A stretch of 64,000 nucleotides of DNA from Mantamonas sphyraenae STR306. Its lineage: Eukaryota; Protista; CRuMs. The notes under the pieces were generated by a model. The model saw nothing but the letters and a program-made list of their open reading frames with translations, was not told the origin of the DNA and ran no database searches. Of the stretch, positions 20,001-27,579 are shown in pieces. Position numbers and translations under genes: made by a program. Position 1 is the stretch's first letter, and each line of letters begins with the position of its first letter. The stretch is from NCBI GenBank assembly GCA_026936335.1, contig JAPMXV010000015.1, positions 248,001-312,000 of the forward strand. Reading direction: 5' to 3'.

Positions 20001-21470
20001 GCTCAGAAAAATTTGAAAGAAGATGAAGAGCTGCGGAACCTGCCACGACAGGTCAACGCAGAGGCGCAGGTCATGTACACGCCGACAGACTACTGGAACA
20101 TCCTCCGCACATGGAAGAGCACCGGAAATGCCACCGTGGACAGGCTTCAGGCATGGGCAACCCAATGCAAACAGCTTGCGGATCTCAACCAGATTGTCCA
20201 GGAAGAGGAGGACACGCTGTGTGCCAACATCGACTACTTGCAAAAGCTTGTTGAGGCATGGTTATCATGTAACAGCCTCGCTCAGCCTCATGCTAGGACA
20301 ACAGCACCACCCCTGATGTCACTCATCTTCACGCCGGATTTGCTTTCTGCGTCTCCCAGCCAGCTGTCTGGCTATTGGGGCAGTGCTGCGCGACACATGG
20401 GCACGTGGAAGTACTGCCGTCACAAGCAGGCACCGTTGTTGTCCCTCCTGAGCCTGGTGGAACCGTACCTGGATTCCAAGGTACGCGGCAGCTTTTTCTT
20501 TGACGAGCTCTTCGAGCCCTCGCAACGCAGCATCGCGTACCTGCTGCCATTTCTGGAAAAGTCGCACAACGCCGCTGTCATCCTGACAGCATCTGTGCGC
20601 GTGCTGGGACGGAAACGAACGGGACGCCTGCTGCGTCTTTGCGGCCACAGCGCCGTACACGTGACTGAGATCCTCAACACACTTCCCCGGGAGCAGGCAT
20701 TTGCTCCAAAGGGAGCGCTGTTTGAGAGACAGGTGCTGTTCCGCAAGACCCCAAAGGCATGGCTGAACGATGCGGTGATGTTGATCCTTGACGGCGGTAA
20801 AACCAAGAACCATGCAGCGCTCTTTGCCCCTTCTGCTGAGCCCGAGTTCCGACGAGGTTCACGTGTGTACGGCACGCTCGTGCGCGTGTCCACTACCTCG
20901 TACAGGGGAGAGTTGGTGCAACGACGTGGGCACAAGCGCACAAGCGACGAACACACGCCAGCATCCAAGGCTCAATCAGCTCGCTGCAAGAATGCGCAGG
21001 CTCAGCGATGCTACACGGCGGCAAAGTCATATGCAAAGACGTTGCACAGGAAGCATGTGCTGACGGTGGCGGGGCCACAAACCTGGACGGGAGGCAACTT
21101 CACCTCCTGGACCTCGAAGCTTGCATTGCACACCCTGGTGCTCATTGTTTCCGAGTACAACACCACGAAGAACCACTCACGGTGCCATGGAGAAGTTCAG
21201 TACTGCCATGCCTTGGGCAGCACGAAGAAATCGATGGGACGCTGGGTTGGTTGCAAAGAGTGTTGCGCTCAACACGGGTGTCGCAGTGCCACGGCAGGGG
21301 CACGTGCAGCGGTTCAGGCGTGTGCAGGGGCCCACAGCATGCGAGTCATCAATCGAGATGTCAACGCTCTGCTCAATATCGCGATCTTGGCCGTGTGCCT
21401 CCTCACGCAAGGAAGACGACCAGCTGGCCTGCAGCGAATCCACAAGGACGACGACGACAACGACAACTGA
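16959..21470 (+). CDS. Fanzor (eukaryotic TnpB-like RNA-guided RuvC endonuclease) with very long N-terminal extension
   Basis: RuvC-I LILDGG (D at 20790), shifted RuvC-II VLIVSEYNTTK (E at 21153), zinc finger HSRC...CKEC, and RuvC-III INRDVNALLNI (D at 21357), all within the last ~230 aa. Confidence 0.85.
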   Translation: MRTHIKAKADKVACELTALQTELEAQGVNGAVMLFLDHHAAPEDFAGMQTHFKDKVHVQDLLRHMSRSASSKKPPSYEVRGILPMFSHFPRSHPSSTQDMLWQCRSYLTYGYLHEYLSQSIQEHDWEATEPATTGVFLSPAPKELDSLEAEQAMSEFFSARYGHYQHVFVHTDSDVARLAPDIAKSFWSVHPTAPQRAYEVTQLTRYKLNTFALLTGKRDGIPLRNPLLARYSNLLSKACGVAGTQLIVPTGFEPPSTGNDLSVVHIDSLKQLIEHVSKSFTVRESKLLADYKGLTAASKRLLEYDLYDSAVYMDSPWVSVLCKQRKSERLQNQTLKPNAAHLKGVYQLMVEQSKGDKGAMVRAFVSFFTQSLRKESTAHLIDSWATFSNAKRQLTYVIVRQAFSVVVDESGNVLDVVIVDGEEPKRFHGVSGLDTRNHRKTGRARKTLMVLNNAYDVLLDLEDAHIDAQDAGGGVEFVVGDTPQGDNRSPTHTCTVLGDAQGVAEEARHLLERLKASVSLQVRITIKSTRLTHVCVMELECGDDVVSSAFCDSMANYWDTVDADLIEQALLLRDKMYTATLDKATRKRLKANARGHGLLPLYHSLLYRKQRRMSASEKREEGLRTLEADTLALFARRLSKIGSKDVLAAFAEVGALDTKTAPDHLCGLVDSDVSIIPLKADVASSKGAEWSEETKGVVAELSAATHAFASATLVMLNAFVRLLPYLLQDAIRSVPKKRSSRAGVAGSGVQVDSPLWTLQLGKLTRGVANALAQSHDGQVLVLDVQAAGRAAGWSSNENWSFKKIPSAIHFVDDPAAAGCVLLVEALDENTKRGLAAVGKHGESCVQGMKVLVEHAARGCALQALLPGAVTCLDVEAASQVIADHLNDNDKKTTKPRSAAMVRKRLKDLRVTQIFESDGSPVVSSASASSSSSSSSSSSSSSSSSSSSSSSSSSSSSSSSSSATGTSDGAAADSDTEADADTEAPTVAALQALKTIRFTADHLYADGDVKDLVHAQKNLKEDEELRNLPRQVNAEAQVMYTPTDYWNILRTWKSTGNATVDRLQAWATQCKQLADLNQIVQEEEDTLCANIDYLQKLVEAWLSCNSLAQPHARTTAPPLMSLIFTPDLLSASPSQLSGYWGSAARHMGTWKYCRHKQAPLLSLLSLVEPYLDSKVRGSFFFDELFEPSQRSIAYLLPFLEKSHNAAVILTASVRVLGRKRTGRLLRLCGHSAVHVTEILNTLPREQAFAPKGALFERQVLFRKTPKAWLNDAVMLILDGGKTKNHAALFAPSAEPEFRRGSRVYGTLVRVSTTSYRGELVQRRGHKRTSDEHTPASKAQSARCKNAQAQRCYTAAKSYAKTLHRKHVLTVAGPQTWTGGNFTSWTSKLALHTLVLIVSEYNTTKNHSRCHGEVQYCHALGSTKKSMGRWVGCKECCAQHGCRSATAGARAAVQACAGAHSMRVINRDVNALLNIAILAVCLLTQGRRPAGLQRIHKDDDDNDN
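19743..19843 (+). repeat. (TCATCC)n hexanucleotide repeat encoding poly-Ser inside the Fanzor ORF
   Basis: Directly visible; the reading frame is preserved. Confidence 0.95.
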
Positions 21471-21625
21471 CCATCATCGACAACGACTGGTACTTATCTA
21501 GGACCGGCGTAATACGCTAACGCTGCCACAGGAATCACGTTTCTAGGAGAGCGAGTTTTTTCTTGACTTTGTGGGAACGTGTGCACAGCGCGCAGCGCAC
21601 AGCAATACGTTGAGCGAGAGGCAAG
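21471..21625 (+). ncRNA. Candidate omegaRNA: scaffold to the element right end plus a guide from the flank (~21606-21625)
   Basis: 135 nt lie between the Fanzor stop and the right end. There is a hairpin GCGT-AAT-ACGC near 21507-21517 and a long G:U-rich stem-loop at 21536-21581 (cacgtttctaggag...ctttgtgggaacgtg). The position matches TnpB/Fanzor omegaRNAs; boundaries are inferred. Confidence 0.55.
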
Positions 21626-22107
21626 GAGGTGCGATTGCAGAGCATGGCTCAGTGGGAACAGAGAGCACGCACAGAGGTTGGTAAAGGCGGAGAGTGTGGA
21701 GGTGGTGCGCGAGGAGCTAGAGAGGGGCCTGGGAGTGAACACGCGGATGGTGGGAGCGCGGCAAAGGGAATGGGTGGTGGAGAATGTGTTGGTGAAGGGC
21801 GACTTTGATATCTGGGAGGTGTTGGAGGAGTATGGGTTGAGGGAGGAGTTGACAGAGTGGGAGAGGGAGCAATGTGGGGACGTGGTGAGCCAGAGGGGTG
21901 TGTGGAGGAAGGAATGGCATTGGTTGATGGGTGAGGAGGTGGATGAGAGGATAGAGGTGGCACTGGTGATGAATGGGGAGGAGAGAGATGTGATGTTTGA
22001 GGCAGGTGGGATGGAGGGGTATGTGGAAGAGACAGGGTGGGAGGGATGGGTGACACTGCCGGATGAGGTGATGGAAAGGGTGGTGCGTTGGGTCGCCCAC
22101 ACGAAGC

Positions 22108-23823
22108 ATGTTTGAGGAGGAAAATGTACTCGCATGTGTGGACAACGAGGACAAAGAGGGCCTGGAGCAGCTTCTGTTGACCAGTGGCGGCCTTTGGATG
22201 GAAGACATTGATCTGGAAGGCCCCAGGATGCAGGTTCTTGCGGAGCTTGCACGCGGGTTGCCGTGTGTGGGGCTGGTGGCATTCAGCAGCGTGACCTTCG
22301 ACGACGACGTGTCGTGGTATGCTGGGTTGGAATCCTTGTTGATGGATGCGCCAGAGGCGTGCATGTTGGTCATGCAGAACATGGGTAGTGAATCGCTTTC
22401 AAATGAGGCGGCGCTTTCCCTGGCACACGCTCTGCAACACGGCAAACACCAACTGTCGATCGTGGATTTCTCCAGTACGATGTCAATCGATGATGCAGCA
22501 TTTGGGCACATGGCCAACGCACTGACAACGTGGCCCTCGTGGCAGCTGGAGAGCCTGGAGCTCGGTGGAACGGACATCTCGGACGAGAGTGTGCCTGCAC
22601 TGAAGCAGGTGATTGCCCATTCGACGCATCTGCACTCATTGGATGTGTCTCGCACCAACTTGTCTCTGACGGGACTGGAGAAGCTGGGCAAAGCGATGGG
22701 TGGCTCCGGGTCGCTGCGGAAAGTGACGGTGGGCCGGCAGCACATGCGCAGGGTGGATGGTGAGCCAACGATGGGCGCTGTGGTGGATCGCATGTTGGGA
22801 GGGGTCGCTGTGCGAGAGGTGCAACTGTGTGGGATGTTGGACAGGGTGGCGGAGAAGGACCTTGCGCGTGCGTTGCTGGATCGGGGTGAGCATCTCCACA
22901 TGCTGAAAATGGACAAGATGCAGCTGGAAAGGGCAGAGAGTGAGGAGAAAGGGATGGATTTGATGGATGCGGTGGTGCAGATGCCCCATCTGGACACATT
23001 GCATGTGGATGCGATTCGTATGTCAAACACGGCGCTGGAGAGGCTTGCCAGTGGGTTGAACGAGGGCATGCGAGAACTGCGTGAGCTGGAGGTGCTGAAC
23101 GCGAGTCAGGTGGGGATGTGTGCGATTTGTTTTGCGGTTGCCACGCATCCGGGTCTGATTGGGTTTACGATTGCAGGGGCGACAATGCAAATAGCCGACG
23201 ATGTGGAACGGGCACTGGAGCACATGGTGAGCACGAACAAGCGACTGCAGTACGTTGCAGGGCCGTCTCTGGTGAATCCGAATGATAAAATGCGGATGGA
23301 GGAAGTGCTGCGCGGAAGCAAGACCATGCTCAGGGCGAACCTCGGCGTGGGGAGAACAACTGAGTTTGCACACAATGTGTCACGGTGCAACGACCTGTTT
23401 GAGGCCATGAAGGTGGAGGACCTGGAAGGGATGCGGGAGATCCTGGACAGCGGTGTGTGGGTGAACACGTTGATGGGGCACCTGTCAACAAATTCACTGA
23501 GCCAGTCAACAATACGTCATGGCAAAACAGAAGCGTGGAGGGTGTTGGAGGAGTATGGGTTGCGGGAGGAGTTGAACGAGCGGGAGCGGGAGCGATGCGA
23601 AGCTGTGGCACTGCAGACGAGGAGATGGGACCCGGCGTGGCATTGGGTGATGCGTGAGGAGGTGGATGAGACGATAGAGGTGGCACTGGTGATGAACATG
23701 GAGGAGAGAGATGTGATGTTTGAGGCGGGTGGGATGGAGGGGTACGAATCGACTGGGGAGTGGTGGACACTGCCGGACGAGGTGATGGAGAGGGTGTTGA
23801 GGTGGCTGGCGGTGGGATCGTGA
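22108..23823 (+). CDS. LRR-ankyrin-like-F-box-like family protein
   Basis: RNI-like LRRs (LESLELGGTDISDESVPAL), an ankyrin-like segment (MREILDSGVWVN) and the family tail. ATG overlaps the upstream ORF by 8 nt. Confidence 0.8.
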   Translation: MFEEENVLACVDNEDKEGLEQLLLTSGGLWMEDIDLEGPRMQVLAELARGLPCVGLVAFSSVTFDDDVSWYAGLESLLMDAPEACMLVMQNMGSESLSNEAALSLAHALQHGKHQLSIVDFSSTMSIDDAAFGHMANALTTWPSWQLESLELGGTDISDESVPALKQVIAHSTHLHSLDVSRTNLSLTGLEKLGKAMGGSGSLRKVTVGRQHMRRVDGEPTMGAVVDRMLGGVAVREVQLCGMLDRVAEKDLARALLDRGEHLHMLKMDKMQLERAESEEKGMDLMDAVVQMPHLDTLHVDAIRMSNTALERLASGLNEGMRELRELEVLNASQVGMCAICFAVATHPGLIGFTIAGATMQIADDVERALEHMVSTNKRLQYVAGPSLVNPNDKMRMEEVLRGSKTMLRANLGVGRTTEFAHNVSRCNDLFEAMKVEDLEGMREILDSGVWVNTLMGHLSTNSLSQSTIRHGKTEAWRVLEEYGLREELNERERERCEAVALQTRRWDPAWHWVMREEVDETIEVALVMNMEERDVMFEAGGMEGYESTGEWWTLPDEVMERVLRWLAVGS

Positions 23824-23849
23824 TGGTTGGCGATGTGTGCACCAACAAA

Positions 23850-25592
23850 ATGGCTCTTCTTCCCCGGGTGCCGACCGCTCTACAGCGAGCGTTGGAAGGC
23901 AGTGTGGAGGATGTGCGAGAGGAATTGATGAAGACTGTATTTCAGGTGAATGTGAAATGGACCAATGTCTCAGAGGACGAGCTGGCCAAGCTGCAGGAAG
24001 CGTGCGAGGGAGTGGAAGTGCGAGCGTTGTCGCTGAACTGTGGCAAAGTGCCGATGGGGTCTGTGGGGGCATTTCTGGAGGGGTGCATGGCACAGCAGAG
24101 GCACTTGCAGGTGTTGAAGTTGTACCAATTGGCCCAGGGAGAAGGAGAGGGCCAGGATGGACCGGCAAAGTTGTTCCAAGCGCTGGAGCTGGTGGGAGGG
24201 GCGCTTCGTGAGTTGATAGTGAAGCGGTCACTGGATGGATGGAGAATGCGATCGAGGAATTCGTGGAAGAACGCATTGATTTATGCGGTGGCCAATGGGT
24301 GCCCGATGCTGGAGGACTTGCGGCTGGACGAATGCCTGAGTGCGGAGGACCTTGGACGGGTGCTGCACTCTTGCACGAGGCTGAAAGTGTTGCGCCTGAC
24401 AAGGTTCGGATTGGAGAGTGAGGAGGAGACGCTGGAGATGGCACGGCTGATCGGGGAGAGCAGGTTGCGTGTGGTGAAGCTTTCCTTGCAGAAATCGTGG
24501 TCAAACCTTGGCACCATCGTCGGGGCGATGCTTGGATGTGGGACACTGAGGGAATTGGTTCTCAATGGCACTTTGACGGAAGAAGAAGCAGTGAAAGGGC
24601 TGGGAAGGGCGATGGAGGGTGGTGGTGGGCAACTGCGTCAGCTGGATATCCACAGGCTGCGTTTGAACAGCGTGTTGCAGAGAAGGTTTCGGGAGAGGGG
24701 AGAATCGATGATGTTGGGATTGTGTGAGGCGTTGCAGGGACACACGCAGCTGGAGATGGTTGGATTGGGCATGGAGTTGGATACAAAGGAGGCAACAGCG
24801 CTGGCGACGGCGTTGGAAGGGATGAAGGGTCTGCGAGAGGTGTGCTTACCGCATGGAAGCACATCGGATGAAGGAATGATTGCAGTGGCGGATGTGCTGC
24901 GTGTGCATCCGACAGTGGTGCAGGTGACGTTGGGATCGTACCTTGAGGAGCGAGTGAGCGATGAGGTGGGTGATGCACTGTTGAGGATGGTAGGAGAGAA
25001 TGAGAGCTTGTTAGAGGCAATTGGACCTTGGGAGGCAAGGGATGTGAACATGGAGGTGCAGGAGAAAGTGTTGAAGGCAGTGGAAGGGCACGTGCGGCTG
25101 CAGCGAATTGGGGGATTTTGGTATGGTGTTGATGCGGCGTTTGCAAAGCAAAAGAACAGTGCAAAGAGATTGGTGAAGGCGGAGAGTGTGGATGCGGTGC
25201 GGGAGGAATTGGAGAGGGGATTGTGGGTGAACACGCGTGTGTTACGGGGATTGGAAGAAGGGGAGTGGGTGGTGGAGAATGTGTTGGTGAAAGGGGATGT
25301 GGAGGTGTGGGAGGTGCTTGAGGAGTATGGGTTGCGGGAGGAGTTGACAGAGTGGGAAAAGGAGCAATGTGGGGAGATTGTGAGGGAGAGGGGTGTGTGG
25401 AGGAAGGAGTGGCATTGGTTGATGGGTGAGGAGGTGGATGAGAGGATAGAGGTGGCACTGGTGATGAACATGGAGGAGAGAGATGTGATGTTTGAGGCAG
25501 GTGGGATGGAGGGGTACGAATCGACTGGAGAGTGGTGGACACTGCCGGATGAGGTGATGGACAGGGTGGTATGGTGGCTGGGGATGGAGTAG
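23850..25592 (+). CDS. LRR-ankyrin-like-F-box-like family protein, close paralog of 1033-2784
   Basis: Highly similar to 1033-2784 but with the GYESTGEWWT tail variant. An in-frame ATG at 23823 overlaps the upstream stop (TGATG). Confidence 0.8.
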   Translation: MALLPRVPTALQRALEGSVEDVREELMKTVFQVNVKWTNVSEDELAKLQEACEGVEVRALSLNCGKVPMGSVGAFLEGCMAQQRHLQVLKLYQLAQGEGEGQDGPAKLFQALELVGGALRELIVKRSLDGWRMRSRNSWKNALIYAVANGCPMLEDLRLDECLSAEDLGRVLHSCTRLKVLRLTRFGLESEEETLEMARLIGESRLRVVKLSLQKSWSNLGTIVGAMLGCGTLRELVLNGTLTEEEAVKGLGRAMEGGGGQLRQLDIHRLRLNSVLQRRFRERGESMMLGLCEALQGHTQLEMVGLGMELDTKEATALATALEGMKGLREVCLPHGSTSDEGMIAVADVLRVHPTVVQVTLGSYLEERVSDEVGDALLRMVGENESLLEAIGPWEARDVNMEVQEKVLKAVEGHVRLQRIGGFWYGVDAAFAKQKNSAKRLVKAESVDAVREELERGLWVNTRVLRGLEEGEWVVENVLVKGDVEVWEVLEEYGLREELTEWEKEQCGEIVRERGVWRKEWHWLMGEEVDERIEVALVMNMEERDVMFEAGGMEGYESTGEWWTLPDEVMDRVVWWLGME

Positions 25593-25626
25593 GGTTGGGT
25601 GATGGTGCGATAGCGGACGCAAATCA

Positions 25627-25794
25627 AGCGTCGATCAAGCGATCGAAGTCGCACTCGTGATCAACAACAGCGAACGCGACCTCCTCTTTGATGCAGGCGA
25701 CATGCAATTGTACACACCCACTGCACTGTGGATTACCATTCCCGATGAGATCCTGCACCGCATCATCCGTCACCTCACCTCACTCCAACAATGA
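25627..25794 (+). pseudogene. Orphan C-terminal tail of the family (no start codon)
   Basis: Translates as SVDQAIEVALVINNSERDLLFDAGDMQLYTPTALWITIPDEILHRIIRHLTSLQQ*, with an in-frame stop upstream at 25600-25602. Confidence 0.75.
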
Positions 25795-25815
25795 ACCCAA
25801 CCAAAACCTCACCCA

Positions 25816-27579
25816 ATGGATGACGACTCCGAACCCGCCGTCCTCGCCCTAGCTCGCTCAGGGGACACTGAGAAAGTGCGCAAGCACTTCTCCATGCACG
25901 GTGGCATCATTCTTGACCACACACACTTGTCAACCGAGGACCTGGACATCCTGGCAACCGCGTGCTCCGACGACGATTCCTCCCTCCGCCGTCTCGAACT
26001 CATCCGCATCACCACAGACACCACCTCATCCCTGTTTACATTCCTGGCTCGCATCATTGCCGGCGCACCCAAGCTTCACACCATCCACCTGGACGTGGAG
26101 GCCCACTTGAACGTTGAGGACGACGACGAAACACAGGAGTGTCTCGAACGCCTTGTCACCGCGTTGCAACAACACCCCACGGGCATCCTCCAGTTCTCTG
26201 TCTTTAATTCGGCCATGTTGACCCCGGATGTGTTTGACGGGCTCGTCACAGGCCTGACCACAGCCAACCACTGTGCGTTGGAAGAGCTCCAGCTCCAACT
26301 GGTGCCACTGGGAGACAAGAGCGTGCCTGCACTCGTCACCCTCCTTCAGAGCATGCCGTACCTGGCTTCTCTTACCATGAGCTCGTGTGGCCTTACGCTG
26401 GGAGGCAAGGTGGAGCTGGCAGAGGCAATCGGCAAACACTGCCCTCGCCTGAGCAAACTCATCTGGTCACTGGACCACGAGCGGCATCCAAATGACAAAC
26501 ACTTGGTTGAAGACGGCACAAAGAGGGTGCTCCAGGCCATCCTGCAGGCACCCAGACTCATCAACCTCGACGTTTCCGACATCCCGCACACCGTCCACGA
26601 CGAGTCTCTTGTTTCTGAGGCACTGGCACAGCACGGACACAACCTGCGCCTTTTGTGTCTGCGTTCCTTGAGGGGAAGGGTTGCCAGGACAAGGTCGAGG
26701 GACACTGGCAACATGCTGGTGAAGGCACTCCCGCACCTGACCAAACTGCACACGTTGCACCTCAACGGCAAACCATGGACGTTCAATGCATCTCTTGCGC
26801 TGTGTGATGCACTCCAACACATGTCCGAGCTGCGTGTGCTCTCATGTCCTCGAATCGTCCACCCGGACACACGCATCACCCTCGCAGACGCCATACGCAC
26901 ACATCCGGCCCTGCGCGACGTCTCCACCGAGTGGCTGGACGTCGACTCGTGGGAAGCCGACGTTGCAGACGCTGTCAATCGCATGCTCTCTGAAAACACT
27001 CGCCTGCAAGCCCTGCCGCTGGGCAGAAAGTGCCCTCCAAGAAACCCCAAACTGCAATCCTTGGTCGACTCCATCCACAGTGTCAATCTGCAAACCCTTT
27101 TCAACTACCCACAACCCAAAGTGATCAAGGACAATGTCAACCGCGTGCACGCGCTGTTCAGCGCACTCGCAAAGGGAGACATCGACGCCATGCGTGCCAT
27201 CCTCGACAAAGGCGTCTCGGTGAACGTCATGCGAGGCAGCCACAGGTCTCTCTTTGAGGCTGCCATCATGCGCAACCAGGAACAGGCATGGCTCCTGCTG
27301 GAAGAGCACGGCCTTCGCGACGAGCTCACATCCTTTGAGCGGGAACAATGCCTGCACAGAATGCAGACGCAGGGCAGGTGGAACCCCGTGTGGCATTGGT
27401 TGCTCGATGACGACGTGGACGAGAGGATAGAGGTGGCACTGGTCATGAACGGGATTGAGAGAGATGTGATGTTTGAGGCGGGTGGGATGGAGGAATACGA
27501 ATCGACTGGAGAATGGTGGACACTGCCAGACGAGGTTATGGACAGGGTGTTGAAGTGGTTGGGCAATGGACAATCATGA
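25816..27579 (+). CDS. LRR-ankyrin-F-box-like family protein
   Basis: LRRs, an ankyrin repeat (LFSALAKGDIDAMRAILDKGVSVN) and the family tail. Confidence 0.8.
   Translation: MDDDSEPAVLALARSGDTEKVRKHFSMHGGIILDHTHLSTEDLDILATACSDDDSSLRRLELIRITTDTTSSLFTFLARIIAGAPKLHTIHLDVEAHLNVEDDDETQECLERLVTALQQHPTGILQFSVFNSAMLTPDVFDGLVTGLTTANHCALEELQLQLVPLGDKSVPALVTLLQSMPYLASLTMSSCGLTLGGKVELAEAIGKHCPRLSKLIWSLDHERHPNDKHLVEDGTKRVLQAILQAPRLINLDVSDIPHTVHDESLVSEALAQHGHNLRLLCLRSLRGRVARTRSRDTGNMLVKALPHLTKLHTLHLNGKPWTFNASLALCDALQHMSELRVLSCPRIVHPDTRITLADAIRTHPALRDVSTEWLDVDSWEADVADAVNRMLSENTRLQALPLGRKCPPRNPKLQSLVDSIHSVNLQTLFNYPQPKVIKDNVNRVHALFSALAKGDIDAMRAILDKGVSVNVMRGSHRSLFEAAIMRNQEQAWLLLEEHGLRDELTSFEREQCLHRMQTQGRWNPVWHWLLDDDVDERIEVALVMNGIERDVMFEAGGMEEYESTGEWWTLPDEVMDRVLKWLGNGQS

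Larger units (their letters stand above)
16235..21605 (+). mobile_element. Fanzor-encoding DNA transposon, 5371 bp, TA target-site duplication, imperfect ~26-bp TIRs, apparently non-autonomous
   Basis: TA at 16233-34 and 21606-07. Left end ttgtgaacgtcagcgctctgtgcaca versus reverse complement of right end ttgctgtgcgctgcgcgctgtgcaca. The empty site ACGTACGT restores the host frame. Confidence 0.85.
15024..22115 (+). pseudogene. LRR-Ank-F-box family gene disrupted by the Fanzor element (parts 15024-16234 and 21608-22115)
   Basis: Joining at the duplicated TA gives ...HANEFLRTYVEREARRCDCRAWLSGNREHAQRLVKAES..., a continuous 572-aa ORF matching paralog lengths. Confidence 0.85.

Noticed and set aside
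16959-21470. Cas12-like effector because of its size
   Set aside because: Eukaryotic context, no CRISPR array, transposon ends, and a Fanzor-type shifted catalytic Glu.
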